This document shows positions 5,694-16,205 of a stretch of 64,000 nt of DNA, piece by piece. Position 1 is the first letter of the stretch; each line of letters starts with the position of its first letter. The translations under genes were made by a program, and so were the position numbers. Source of the stretch: Candidatus Thorarchaeota archaeon (GTDB lineage: Archaea; Asgardarchaeota; Thorarchaeia; Thorarchaeales; Thorarchaeaceae); assembly GCA_029858305.1 (NCBI GenBank), contig JAOUFI010000002.1, positions 32,001 through 96,000 of the forward strand, written 5' to 3'. A model generated the notes under the pieces. It did no database searches. It saw only the letters and a list, made by a program, of their open reading frames with translations, and had not been told where the DNA came from.

Positions 5694-8090
5694 CTAGACG
5701 ACTTCAGTGTGCACTTTTTGTTCCATGCCGAAGTCAGCTGGCTTCATACTCTTACGAAGTGCCCAGAGTGTTACAGCAAACAGTATGATGAGAGCAAAAA
5801 CAGCAACGTAGGTCATTGTTGCAGATACTGTTGTTTCTAGCATGACCAGAAGTGGAGCCAAAATCAAAGCCAAGAGATTGACTACTTTGATCATAGGATT
5901 AAGAGCTGGCCCTGCAGTGTCCTTGAGAGGATCACCTACGGTATCCCCAACAACACCACACTTGTGACGTTCTGAGCCCTTTCCAGTATTGCCTGCTGGG
6001 TTCCTAGGCTCATCCTCGATAGCCTTCTTTGCATTGTCCCAAGCACCACCAGTATTGGACATGTACACTGCTAGGAGCTGACCCGATACGATGATACCTC
6101 CGAGGAAACCTCCGAGTGCGGCTACACCAAACAAGATACCAACAATGAGAGGTATCGAAACGGTAATTGCAGCCAAGGAGATAAGTTCCTTCTGAGCCGC
6201 AGTAGTCGAGATATCTACAGCTCTATCATAGTCAGGCTTGACAGTGCCTTCAAGAATACCAGGTATTCTGAATTGTCTGCGAACCTCTATGACCATTTGA
6301 CCAGCGGCTCTTGTAACAGCCTTGATATTGACTGCGGAGAATAACCATGGTAGGGCGGCACCTAGCAGAAGCCCGGAGAATACTCTTGGGTCATCAAGGA
6401 ATAGGTGTTCCAAACCAAGTGGTTGAAGAGCTACGACGACAAAGCTATCGAAGAGACTAACAGCAGCAATCACTGCTGAAGCAATAGCTACTCCCTTGGT
6501 AATCGCTTTGGTAGTATTTCCAACTGCATCAAGTTCAGCCATGACCTTCTGTGACTCCTTATCGAAGTCACCAGGAGAGAGCTCACCAATACCTGCAGCA
6601 TTATCACTGATAGGACCGTATGAATCCATAGCAACATTATTGCCTGTGTGTGATAACATTCCAATACCAATCAATGCAATACCGTAAAGTGTCCATAGAT
6701 TGCCCTCAACTCCGACAACGAAGAAGGGAGCAAATATAGCAGCTACTCCTGGGAGGAATAAGACTGTAGCAATACCAAAGGTTGAAACTATTACGACTAG
6801 TGCAGCAACTGTTGATTCATAGCCAGCAACAACACCGGAGAGAATGAAAGTTGCTGTACCAGTGTCAGCAGATTTGACAATCTCCTGAACTGGAGGTTTT
6901 CTAAGGGATGTGAAGTAACTTGTAATTGGATTGAATGAAACAGCTAGCATTACACCGACCGCAATAAGAATCCCGAACCTGAGGTCTCCAACATAGAACC
7001 ATGATAATATCAGGGTCAGGCAGATTGTAAAGATGCTGGAAGCTTCATAGGAGAGGAACATTGCTTTTTCAGCATAAACTGCTCGTTTCTTCAACAGTCT
7101 TGGCCAGACTGGGACCATTACGGTTCCGATCATTGATGATATCACACCTACAGCTCTGACGAAGAGTGGAAAAACAACAACTGCAAGTGCTCCACCAGGA
7201 AGCATTGGAAAGACGCCATCAACTGTTTCAAGATACAATACAATAGCAAGGATGAGGGATGACACAATGGTTACTTCGTATGACTCAAAAATGTCAGCAG
7301 CCATACCAGCACAGTCGCCTACATTGTCTCCAACGAGGTCTGCAATAACCGCAGCATTTCTTGGGTCATCTTCAGGAAGCCCCTGCTCAACTTTACCAAC
7401 AAGATCTGCTCCAACATCGGCGGCCTTTGTGTAAATACCACCACCAACTCTCATGAAGAGAGCAAGAAGCGTACCACCCAGACCAAAGCCGAGAAGCGCA
7501 TCAGGCGCTGCAATTCCGTAGATGATGAAAATGATAGTACCACCTAACAGACCAAGTCCATCAGTCAGCATTCCTGTAAAAGTACCACCTCGATAGGATA
7601 TCGTTAGGGCTCTATTGTACCTGTTTTCTCCTTCACGTGTAGCTTGTGCAACTCGAATGTTGGACTCGACAGCAATACGCATGCCAAGTTGACCGACAAT
7701 CAGTGAGAAGCTTGCACCAAGAATAAAGGCTAACGAACGACCAACGCCGACAATTATGCGGCCGGCCGCTGTATCACCGAATAAGACTTCAGTACCTCTT
7801 TCTGGTGTTGTTATGTAAACGGTGAAAAAGAGAAGGATAGATAGCACAATCAATATCGGAACAATGGTCTTCAATTGCCTGTGCAAATATGACAATGCAC
7901 CTTCTCTTATGCCGTTCCAAACTCTCTGCATCTGCTCAGTACCTTTGTCCTGTGACAGAACACCTTTCCTGAGCCACCAAGCGTACACGAGACTTACGAT
8001 TGCTGCTGCGATAACTGTCAGTATCATTAACTGCTCAATCAACAGCATTCCTGCGAATGTCTCGAATAACTGCATTTTATCGTTCACCAT
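5694..8090 (-). CDS. hppA: Membrane-bound H+-translocating pyrophosphatase, K+-independent type
   Basis: GGGIYTKAADVGADLVGKVE, DNVGD-type and GDTVGDPLKD motifs; GNTTKA has Lys at the K+-dependence determinant position. Confidence 0.95.
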   Translation of the reverse strand: MVNDKMQLFETFAGMLLIEQLMILTVIAAAIVSLVYAWWLRKGVLSQDKGTEQMQRVWNGIREGALSYLHRQLKTIVPILIVLSILLFFTVYITTPERGTEVLFGDTAAGRIIVGVGRSLAFILGASFSLIVGQLGMRIAVESNIRVAQATREGENRYNRALTISYRGGTFTGMLTDGLGLLGGTIIFIIYGIAAPDALLGFGLGGTLLALFMRVGGGIYTKAADVGADLVGKVEQGLPEDDPRNAAVIADLVGDNVGDCAGMAADIFESYEVTIVSSLILAIVLYLETVDGVFPMLPGGALAVVVFPLFVRAVGVISSMIGTVMVPVWPRLLKKRAVYAEKAMFLSYEASSIFTICLTLILSWFYVGDLRFGILIAVGVMLAVSFNPITSYFTSLRKPPVQEIVKSADTGTATFILSGVVAGYESTVAALVVIVSTFGIATVLFLPGVAAIFAPFFVVGVEGNLWTLYGIALIGIGMLSHTGNNVAMDSYGPISDNAAGIGELSPGDFDKESQKVMAELDAVGNTTKAITKGVAIASAVIAAVSLFDSFVVVALQPLGLEHLFLDDPRVFSGLLLGAALPWLFSAVNIKAVTRAAGQMVIEVRRQFRIPGILEGTVKPDYDRAVDISTTAAQKELISLAAITVSIPLIVGILFGVAALGGFLGGIIVSGQLLAVYMSNTGGAWDNAKKAIEDEPRNPAGNTGKGSERHKCGVVGDTVGDPLKDTAGPALNPMIKVVNLLALILAPLLVMLETTVSATMTYVAVFALIILFAVTLWALRKSMKPADFGMEQKVHTEVV

Positions 8091-8482
8091 CCCGTCTATC
8101 TGGATGCTAGTGACTTTGAAGCATCATGACGCATGCCTAGATACCGGTATGAATTTAGGGAGTGGCGAAAAAAAGTGACTCTTAAGGGTATCCTTCAAGC
8201 ACATATTATACAGACACTACACAAAACTTCTAGCCTGCAGTTTTGTTGAATCATTCAACTCCCAGAATCTTGCGATTCTCAGAAATGTCTTCATAGCTTT
8301 TTCACTCTGCACCAAGCCGACCTCGAATTAAGGCTGTCTAATCCCACTATTTGTTCATTAATTGCGTGCAGCTGTAGAAGAGGAGATAAGCATCCAATGT
8401 GATGTCAATGAATAGTGCATTTGGTGAACAAACATCAAGATGTCATCTGATGCATTGTTCTTGTTAAGAATGTGGGATTTTT

Positions 8483-8590
8483 ATGATACAATGTCGCAGA
8501 TGTAAAAAGAAGATTAAAGGAGAACCAACCTATGTAGGTTCTTCACGCCGACCCTACTGCAAGGCTTGCGCAGGAAAAGTAACTGAATAG
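8483..8590 (+). CDS. 35-aa CxxC...CxxC zinc-finger microprotein
   Basis: MIQCRRCKKKIKGEPTYVGSSRRPYCKACAGKVTE; two CxxC knuckles; in-frame stop just upstream fixes the start; below the ORF-track cutoff. Confidence 0.6.
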   Translation: MIQCRRCKKKIKGEPTYVGSSRRPYCKACAGKVTE

Positions 8591-8786
8591 TCCAGCTATT
8601 AATAAATTAATAAATGGAAGAAACAGGTGTTCGAGGAATCCTTAACACCTTCTGATTTATTACCAAGTTATGGTTGATTCGAAGGAAAACCAAAGGAATT
8701 GAAGACACCTGTCCATATTGATGATGCTTTGAGAAAGAAGTAACAAGGATACAAGAAGGACTGAGTGAAGAGTCCGAGGGAGTTGG

Positions 8787-9854
8787 ATGTCTATTATAGT
8801 ATCGGTAAAAGCTGAACACATACTTACGCACCTTGCTGGTGATGATTTTGTTACCGCGTATGGCAAAGAGCCTACAATGAGACATCATGTGATTGTGAAG
8901 ATAGCATCTGAGAGTGGAGAAATCGGATTCGGAGAAGCATGCCCGCTCCCCTTTACAAAAGATGATGACCCCGTTCGAATAAAAAGCGAGATTGATGACC
9001 AACTGGCTTTGTATCTCATTGGGAAGGATGCACTTAATCAAGAAGTCTACCGCGACTTGACTGAAATATTTCCAAATGTCAGCGGAACTGCAAGAACAGG
9101 AGTCGATCTTGCGCTGTATGATTTGGCAGGAAAAATACAATGTGTACCAGCGTACCAACTCCTTGGAGGATTATATCGGGATCATGTTGAGGTCGCCGAG
9201 GCGATTGGAATAGGTTCCCCAGAATCAGTTGCCAATGAAGCCATAAAACAGGTAAGTCTAGGAATAAAAACAGTCAAGGTAAAAGTTGGATTGGATGTTG
9301 AACGAGATATCAAAATGTTGAGTCTTTTGAGGGATACTGTGGGAGATACCATGAAGATTCGAGCAGATGCCAACACCGGATATTCATTTCAGCAAGCCGT
9401 CAGAGTGCTTAGAGAGGCAGAAAAAATTGGAATTGAGTATATGGAGCAGCCTCTAGCTGTTGATGATTATAATGGACTCCGCCAACTGAGGAAATCGAGC
9501 AACGTTCCCATAATGGTTGACGAGTCCTTGTATACATTTGAAGATGCAAATAAACTAGTTCAAAACAAAGCAGCAGACATGTTCGGATTGAAGCTGATGA
9601 AGCATGGTGGAATTTACCAGTCGAAACGAATTTCTATGCTTGCTGAAGAGAATGGTATTGAATGCGTTTTCATTAGTCCCTGGGAAACTCAAATTGGAAT
9701 AGCAGCTGCAGTACATTTGATTTTATCAGGTGCAAATTTTAATCTCGCTCATGAGATTGGTCCAGGAGCCTTAAAGGATGATCCATTCAAAGGGCTTGTG
9801 TATAGTAGAGGTAGATATCTTCCTACACACAACCCCGGATTCGGAATAGAATAG
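8787..9854 (+). CDS. Enolase-superfamily enzyme (muconate lactonizing/dipeptide epimerase subgroup)
   Basis: GEIGFGE, KVKVG, DANTG, EQP and DES motifs. Confidence 0.9.
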   Translation: MSIIVSVKAEHILTHLAGDDFVTAYGKEPTMRHHVIVKIASESGEIGFGEACPLPFTKDDDPVRIKSEIDDQLALYLIGKDALNQEVYRDLTEIFPNVSGTARTGVDLALYDLAGKIQCVPAYQLLGGLYRDHVEVAEAIGIGSPESVANEAIKQVSLGIKTVKVKVGLDVERDIKMLSLLRDTVGDTMKIRADANTGYSFQQAVRVLREAEKIGIEYMEQPLAVDDYNGLRQLRKSSNVPIMVDESLYTFEDANKLVQNKAADMFGLKLMKHGGIYQSKRISMLAEENGIECVFISPWETQIGIAAAVHLILSGANFNLAHEIGPGALKDDPFKGLVYSRGRYLPTHNPGFGIE

Positions 9855-9966
9855 CGACAGAAAAGATGGTGGGTGATGCGAGATTTGTTCTGTGAGAATT
9901 CCCTATTTGTTTGAACGCGCAATCTCATAGAAAAGCCGGTAGACGGATGAGTTTAGTTAATCATCA

Positions 9967-9985
9967 TGTATACTATTTGTATACA
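9967..9985. promoter_or_regulatory. Palindromic operator TGTATAC-N5-GTATACA
   Basis: Perfect 7-bp inverted repeat upstream of TATATAAA (10004-10011) of the serine hydrolase gene. Confidence 0.5.
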
Positions 9986-10057
9986 AAAAGCATACAAAAG
10001 ACCTATATAAAGGCCTCCTGCTCATATTACTTAAAATCCATGGTAGCATAGATAAAA

Positions 10058-11260
10058 TTGACAGAAGGTAATGTGATTTCAGGTTACACCAAACCTGGCT
10101 TTGAATCTGTGCAAGAGGCATTTATTGAGAACTTTGAGCTCCGTAATGAACTGGGCGCCGCTTGTTGCATCTACTACCAAGGAGAAAAGGTAGTCGACTT
10201 GTGGGGTGGTATCAGGAATGAAGCCACTGGAGAGCCTTGGGAAGAAGATACAATGGTGCTTGTGTGGTCGACAACGAAGGGATTATCAGCTCTTACAATG
10301 GCACTTGCTCATTCGCAGGGATTATTTGACTACGATGAGCCTGTTTCTAAGTATTGGCCTGAATTTGCTCAACAGGGCAAGGAGAAAATTACAATCCGGC
10401 AGTTGTTTGCACACCAGGCTGGACTTGTTGCATTTGATGAACTCGGCGACAAGGAAGTCATTGCGAATATGGACCGCCTAGCAACGATCCTAGCCAGACA
10501 GAAACCAGCATGGAAGCCAGGAACACGACATGGATACCATGCTCTGACTCTAGGTTTCTACCAGAGCGAACTTTTACGCCGTGTTGATCCCAAAGGTCGT
10601 AGTCTAGGGAAATTTTTCCAGGATGAAATCGCCACTCCACTAGGCCTTGACTTCTACATTCGACTTCCTGAAGATATTCCAAATACTAGACTTGCTACTC
10701 TAAGGGCACCCAAATTCGGTATTTCAGCCATGCGCACTGCGCCAGTCAGGTTTATTCTTGCAGCAATTAATCCACGATCAATGGCCCGTCGTTCGTTAGT
10801 GGGAACTGAGTTTTGTCTGGATGAAGATCGTATCTATACCCGAAATTATGAAGTTCCTTCAGGAGGAGGAGTAGGAACAGCTCGTGCAATAGCTCATGCA
10901 TACGGTGTCTTCGCAGCAGGCGGAAAGGAGCTCGGGCTGCGAGAGGAAACGCTTCAGGAACTAAAGGCCCCACCTGTAGCTCCACTGCATGGATTTCGAG
11001 ATGTGGCCTTAAAGACAAATACATGCTACTCGCTTGGTTTTTCAAGATCCCTTCCGAAGGATCCATTCCGTCCCGCCAGCGCGTATGGGATGCCAGGGAC
11101 AGGAGGTTCATTTGGATTTGCAGACCCACAATATGAGATAGGATATGGATATGTCCTCAACGGATTTGGTACATCGTTTCCAACGGATCCAAGAAGCAAC
11201 GCTCTGTGTGCAGCAATGTATCGCTCAATTGGGGTAACAGATCTGTACTCGGATTTGTGA
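10058..11260 (+). CDS. Serine hydrolase, beta-lactamase/EstB family
   Basis: SxxK (WSTTK), HQAGL, GYHALT and GTGGSFGFADP motifs. Confidence 0.9.
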   Translation: MTEGNVISGYTKPGFESVQEAFIENFELRNELGAACCIYYQGEKVVDLWGGIRNEATGEPWEEDTMVLVWSTTKGLSALTMALAHSQGLFDYDEPVSKYWPEFAQQGKEKITIRQLFAHQAGLVAFDELGDKEVIANMDRLATILARQKPAWKPGTRHGYHALTLGFYQSELLRRVDPKGRSLGKFFQDEIATPLGLDFYIRLPEDIPNTRLATLRAPKFGISAMRTAPVRFILAAINPRSMARRSLVGTEFCLDEDRIYTRNYEVPSGGGVGTARAIAHAYGVFAAGGKELGLREETLQELKAPPVAPLHGFRDVALKTNTCYSLGFSRSLPKDPFRPASAYGMPGTGGSFGFADPQYEIGYGYVLNGFGTSFPTDPRSNALCAAMYRSIGVTDLYSDL

Positions 11261-11294
11261 CAGGAACCATGCGCTAGCAACCGGTCGGATTAAG

Positions 11295-11957
11295 ATGGTA
11301 GAAACAACGAAGAGATTGCGAAAGCTCTCATTCATCTGTGGGATTCTCTCTTCGCTTCTGTATTTCTGTGCTGATATACTCGGAGGCATGATTTGGGGTA
11401 ACTATGATTTTACAACTCAATATATTAGTGAGCTAAGTGCCATCGATGCTTCTTCAAGATCATTCGTTGTTTCGTTGTATATCTTGTATAATATTATTGT
11501 AATCCCATTTGCATTAGGAGTATTGAGATTTGCTGGCAGAAAACGAGTTCTGCGCATAACTGGAGGTATGCTTATTGGATACATAGCCACTGGCTTGGCA
11601 GGATTATTCTTCCCAATGGATCCCAGTGGGACCGCAACAACCTTTACCAACATTATGCACCAGATTTTCGCTGGTGTGATTGTTTTCTTCATTTTGCTAT
11701 CACTAGGGTTTGGAGCTGCTGCATTCGCAACGTGGTTCCGCTACTATTCGATTGGAATTATTCTAGTATACCTCGTACTGGGGGCTTTGCCCTTCTTGAG
11801 TGTTGTCCAATTTGAAGCTGGTCAGCCAATACCCTGGGTCGGGCTTGTGGAACGCATGATGGTCTATGGCTATGTGCTATGGGTGTCAGTACTATCCCTT
11901 GTCCTCATGCGTATGGTAAGGGACGAAACTCAATTGACAGCAGCAATATCCAATTAA
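11295..11957 (+). CDS. DUF998-like membrane protein
   Basis: YDFTTQYISELSA, FPMDP and GLVER motifs with about six TM segments. Confidence 0.7.
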   Translation: MVETTKRLRKLSFICGILSSLLYFCADILGGMIWGNYDFTTQYISELSAIDASSRSFVVSLYILYNIIVIPFALGVLRFAGRKRVLRITGGMLIGYIATGLAGLFFPMDPSGTATTFTNIMHQIFAGVIVFFILLSLGFGAAAFATWFRYYSIGIILVYLVLGALPFLSVVQFEAGQPIPWVGLVERMMVYGYVLWVSVLSLVLMRMVRDETQLTAAISN

Positions 11958-12103
11958 TCGGTCAATGCAATCTGTAGCAGAAGGGAATTATCGCAGCGTA
12001 GATGTGCATCTTTATTTAGATGCAAAATTCGAATCGGTTGGAAGACAATCGACATTCGCGTGTGTGTCGATTGAGGAGAAAACTTTCTAGCCGGTGAAAA
12101 AGT

Positions 12104-13207
12104 ATGAAGAATTTTAGAGTTGTCTTCTTGACTTCGCTATTAGTCACACTCCTTTTGAATGGAATTATTGGAAGTGTTGCGAGTACTACATTAAATCAAA
12201 GCGTAGAACTCAAAGAAATAGGACAATTGGATACCAATGGGTGGGCTGCTAATGTACAGGTGCAAGATAATATTGCATATGTTTCTGATACAATAACTGG
12301 CCTGCACATCATCAATATTTCTAATCCTCAAAATCCAACTGAGTTAGGGCAGTATAATGAGGATGTCGCCGAGCTTCATGAAATGCTAGTTGATGGAAAC
12401 CTAGTGTATCTCGCAGATTACACTTATGGTTTCAAAATCCTCAATATTTCTGATCCCAAGAATCCTACACTTGAGAGTTATTTCCACGATGGGGGAGAAG
12501 TTGGTAGATTCGAGATTGCTGGAAACCTCGTCTTCATAGTTGATTTTGTTTCGGGACTGGAAATTATCAACATCAGTGATCTTACGAATCTTACAGAACT
12601 TGTTCAGTACAATACAGACATCAATTACATGTACAATATTGAAATAAACAATGATTTGGCTTATGTTTCAAATTTCATTTCTAGCACTGAATCAAAAATT
12701 AAAATCCTAAATATTTCGGATATATACTCTATTGATGAAATAGCAGAGTACACAATTGCTGGCGAACCTTTTACAATCGAATTCACTGGAGATATTGCCT
12801 ATTCAGTGTGTTCGTTTGGTGGTGTAAAAATTTTCAACATTAGCAATCCACTTTCTTTGCACGAATTGGGTAGTTATGATGATGGTGGAAATGCTGTTGC
12901 AATAGATTTCTATGAAGGATATGCGATTATCGCTGATCGTGATGATGGGGTGGAAGTTCTTGATGTTTCTACTCCTACCGCACCAATTGAAATTGCTGGT
13001 TATCTCGATGGAGGAAGTGCGGCAGGAGTTCATGTCGTTGGCAACCTGATATATGTGGCTGATGGAGAAAATGGTCTTGAAATCCTTCAAATCGAAATCA
13101 ACACAACAGGTACAACTACACCAGACATAACAAGCATCCTCTTAATTGTGAGTGCAGCGGGAATCATTGTGATTATTGTAGTAGTAGTGAAAAGGAGAGA
13201 GAGTTGA
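12104..13207 (+). CDS. Secreted, membrane-anchored LVIVD-repeat beta-propeller protein
   Basis: Signal peptide; repeated AYVAD..GL.IINISNP.NP units; C-terminal TM followed by KRR. Confidence 0.85.
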   Translation: MKNFRVVFLTSLLVTLLLNGIIGSVASTTLNQSVELKEIGQLDTNGWAANVQVQDNIAYVSDTITGLHIINISNPQNPTELGQYNEDVAELHEMLVDGNLVYLADYTYGFKILNISDPKNPTLESYFHDGGEVGRFEIAGNLVFIVDFVSGLEIINISDLTNLTELVQYNTDINYMYNIEINNDLAYVSNFISSTESKIKILNISDIYSIDEIAEYTIAGEPFTIEFTGDIAYSVCSFGGVKIFNISNPLSLHELGSYDDGGNAVAIDFYEGYAIIADRDDGVEVLDVSTPTAPIEIAGYLDGGSAAGVHVVGNLIYVADGENGLEILQIEINTTGTTTPDITSILLIVSAAGIIVIIVVVVKRRES

Positions 13208-13402
13208 AATCAAAGAAGGGTGAATAATAAGGTCTGAAGAGCTGATGCCACAAGTCACCTCCGAAGATACATAAGATGTGGAATTTCCCGCAGGAATGAA
13301 TCGACATCAGCCAGATACTCGATATTCACATGCAAATAAGCAATTGTAATGGCTTTTTTTGTGTGTCTGATTTCTAGTCATAAAACAAGAATGATGATAA
13401 TT

Positions 13403-13429
13403 TGGTGGACCGGGCGAGATTTGAACTCG
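13403..13429 (-). repeat. 27-bp exact duplicate of the tRNA-Ala 3' end (att-like site)
   Basis: tggtggaccgggcgagatttgaactcg is identical to 13988-14014. Confidence 0.9.
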
Positions 13430-13508
13430 AGATATTCTCTACGCAATTTGATTGAACCAAAACCAAAAAAGACTATTTTCACAATATATCAATTGGAGAG
13501 TTCATTAG

Positions 13509-13976
13509 TTGAAGAGGTGCATATATCGAGAATATGGAAATCTACTGATAACCATTGGTTTGGCACTATTTCTAACCTACATTATCATCGTTTCCTATTG
13601 GCTCAGAGATCCAATTACATTTTCAAGACCCTCGTATACTAATGATCCTCGTACATTTGTCATTCGTAGTTTCTTTCCACTTGGTCTCACCTTTACTTGC
13701 GGTGGAGTAGTCATTCGGACAATGTACAGAGAGGGAATTCTATTTCTGACCAGAGCTGATGAACCCATACATTCTGGTAAACCTTGGTACAAAGGATCTG
13801 AATCAGGATTGTTCATAACCTCTTGCGGGCTTGTCGTTTCTACAAATGAAATGTCAAATGCTACAGCTCATGCAGGATATAGGATTGTTTCGGTGAAATG
13901 TGCTACCCATGGGGATTGTGTTGTCAAAGAGGGAAAAGATGTATTGGATAGTGCTTCCACTCACAGATCCTGGTAA
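13509..13976 (+). CDS. Hypothetical membrane protein between the att-like repeats
   Basis: 155-aa ORF with two hydrophobic segments, filling the interval between the repeats; TTG start after GGAGAG. Confidence 0.45.
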   Translation: MKRCIYREYGNLLITIGLALFLTYIIIVSYWLRDPITFSRPSYTNDPRTFVIRSFFPLGLTFTCGGVVIRTMYREGILFLTRADEPIHSGKPWYKGSESGLFITSCGLVVSTNEMSNATAHAGYRIVSVKCATHGDCVVKEGKDVLDSASTHRSW

Positions 13977-13987
13977 AATGAAGAAAA

Positions 13988-14064
13988 TGGTGGACCGGGC
14001 GAGATTTGAACTCGCGGCCTCATGGATGCAAACCATGCGATCTGCCGGGCTAATCTACCGGCCC
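13988..14064 (-). tRNA. tRNA-Ala(UGC), intronless, CCA encoded
   Basis: GGGCCGG acceptor with G3:U70; anticodon arm CATGG-TTTGCAT-CCATG; T-loop GTTCAAATC; 3' ACCA. Confidence 0.95.
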
Positions 14065-14095
14065 ACTGATAATGAGGAGTCAATTATTGAGTGTT

Positions 14096-14710
14096 TTAAC
14101 CCTTACGCTCTGATATGTCCTCACGCAGGGTGTCGAGCCATAAGGGGGCTCCCTTCAGCAGAGATGCTTGTTCAGGGGTGAGCTCCTCATACTTGACCAG
14201 AGTCATGTCATCGGGCAGGATTCCACTGACTCCAGCAGGATCCTCCATCACTAGTGTGAAGGGTAGCTCACCGCGAAGTGCAGCTTTCATCTCTTCGAGT
14301 ATCTCGGATGCGCGCATTCGCTCTTCTTCAAGTTCAGCGAATCCGCCCGCAGTTTCAACCACAGCACGCACTCTGAATAAAAGACCTTCAACATTGGAAA
14401 TAAAAGCATCAGCCGCAGGACCAGGTTCTACATCGATTCCCCACTCAAGAAAACGATAGGTACAGGAGCTAGAGCGAACTACTCTTACATTTAGAAGTGA
14501 TACATCGTCGACATATAATGTGAATCGCGAAGGGTTTCTCTGCTCAGCTGAAAACACATCATTATGACTAAATCCGCAAGCAGGACAATGGACCATAAAC
14601 ATAGCAAGCTCATTGAAGAAGGGAACGCTATAGAGCATAGAACGCACTTCAAGCTCACCCATATCACATACTGGACATTTGGATGTATTCTCATTTTCCG
14701 ATGACATCAT
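14096..14710 (-). CDS. ZPR1 zinc-finger protein
   Basis: CPVC...VPFF...CPACGF, RVVRSS, EPGPA..FISNVEGLL and EDPAG motifs. Confidence 0.92.
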   Translation of the reverse strand: MMSSENENTSKCPVCDMGELEVRSMLYSVPFFNELAMFMVHCPACGFSHNDVFSAEQRNPSRFTLYVDDVSLLNVRVVRSSSCTYRFLEWGIDVEPGPAADAFISNVEGLLFRVRAVVETAGGFAELEEERMRASEILEEMKAALRGELPFTLVMEDPAGVSGILPDDMTLVKYEELTPEQASLLKGAPLWLDTLREDISERKG

Positions 14711-14910
14711 GACCCGAAAAACCTGAAACTGGTTGTCCTATAAGCCTGACCATCTAGCAGTATAAACCTAAGATAGATACTTTGGGATATATCACTATAA
14801 TACTCAAAAGCAAGCAGGAACTAGTTATGGCAGTGCACGCCCGCACAACGTGATAGTCTATAAGAGATGTCAGACTAGAAGAGAATAGGCAAAGAGAGAG
14901 GAATCACCCA

Positions 14911-16110
14911 ATGGAAATAAACAGTATCTACATCATCAAACGCGATACTGGGGTGTGTATGTATCATAAGGATTTCACAGGTTCAGGATTTGACCCCCAA
15001 CTCCTCTCTTCGTTCCTTGTAGCAATGACATCATTCTTTGACGAGGCTACGCGTTCGCTCAAGTCCCAAGCACGTGCATTCGAGGGCATAGATTATACGA
15101 TTGTCGTTGAGTTTGGAGACTGGACGCTAGGTGCGGTTTCAACTACAATTGATAATCAGCATGTTAGGAATAAACTCAAACGAACTGTAAGAAAATTTGA
15201 AGAACAATTTGCTGTTTTGAAGTGGGTTGAGCTTGACCTTGCTGTCCATACCCGATTCGAACAGACCGTCATGAATGAGTTTGTTCGGGAAAATATCTTG
15301 CCAGAAACACTGATTGCCGTGCGACCTGAGTGGGAGCATCTCACAAGGCGACCGGATGTTATTTCATTTCTCAGACTTATTCCCGATATCTGTTCTATCC
15401 AAGATGCCTCATCCTTTTTGGAAGTCCCCGTTGAAATAGCAATGAATCTTGCAGCAGAAGCCCTCTGGGAAGGCGTCATAATAGTCACAAATCCTGTAAA
15501 GCCAGATGATATCTATCAGAGTACATCACTTACTCCTACTGAAGGAGCATTAGATCATCTCTCACCAGAGGCAGCAAGAACTCTCTCAGAACTAGATGGG
15601 GAAACCCCGTTATCAATTGCAGCCGAGAGAATGAGAACTGAAGATTTGAAACGCTTTCTTGAGGACGTGGCATGGCTTAAGGAACGTAAAATGGTTGAGC
15701 TTGTTTCGCCATCACAGGCAGTAGTTGTGCGTTATTCTTCTGCGCTTCAAATTCTATTAAAAAGACTTGCAGATATTGTGGGATTCGTTCCAATTAGGAA
15801 AATTTTCTTAAAAGCTCGTGAAGAGTTGGTAGTTCATTATCCTTGGCTTAAATTTGTGACACTTGAGGAAGGTGTGGACATTGATATGAGAAGTTCGCTT
15901 CTTTCTGCAACCTTAAGAGGATCAATTTCTCCTGATGCAATAGATGATGGTTTTCGAGTTTTCATTCAATTCATCACGAGGATGGTAAAGGATCTTCTAG
16001 GTGCAAAACCAGTAAACAAGATTCTCTTTAATACCAAAAATGAAATTGAACAAAAATTTCCAAGTACAGTTTTCCACATTGAGTGGGAATCCTTCCTTGT
16101 CAGAGGTTGA
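14911..16110 (+). CDS. Longin-like domain protein with additional helical/winged-helix domains
   Basis: N-terminal IYIIKRDTGVCMYHKDF...DPQLLSSFLVAMTSF is the Asgard longin-type pattern. Confidence 0.7.
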   Translation: MEINSIYIIKRDTGVCMYHKDFTGSGFDPQLLSSFLVAMTSFFDEATRSLKSQARAFEGIDYTIVVEFGDWTLGAVSTTIDNQHVRNKLKRTVRKFEEQFAVLKWVELDLAVHTRFEQTVMNEFVRENILPETLIAVRPEWEHLTRRPDVISFLRLIPDICSIQDASSFLEVPVEIAMNLAAEALWEGVIIVTNPVKPDDIYQSTSLTPTEGALDHLSPEAARTLSELDGETPLSIAAERMRTEDLKRFLEDVAWLKERKMVELVSPSQAVVVRYSSALQILLKRLADIVGFVPIRKIFLKAREELVVHYPWLKFVTLEEGVDIDMRSSLLSATLRGSISPDAIDDGFRVFIQFITRMVKDLLGAKPVNKILFNTKNEIEQKFPSTVFHIEWESFLVRG

Positions 16111-16205
16111 TTTTAGGTAAATATCCATTCCTCATACCATCAGCACAATATACAAATCCCATGAAATACGGATGTCGTAGTAGCTATGTGAGGAGTAGGA
16201 AACAC

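Noticed and set aside
8607-9158. 183-aa minus-strand ORF
   Set aside because: Antisense to the well-supported enolase-family gene; no motifs.
13349-14181. ORFs 13349-13642 and 13900-14181
   Set aside because: They read through the att repeat and the tRNA antisense (WTGRDLNS, VDRARFELAAS), a typical artefact.
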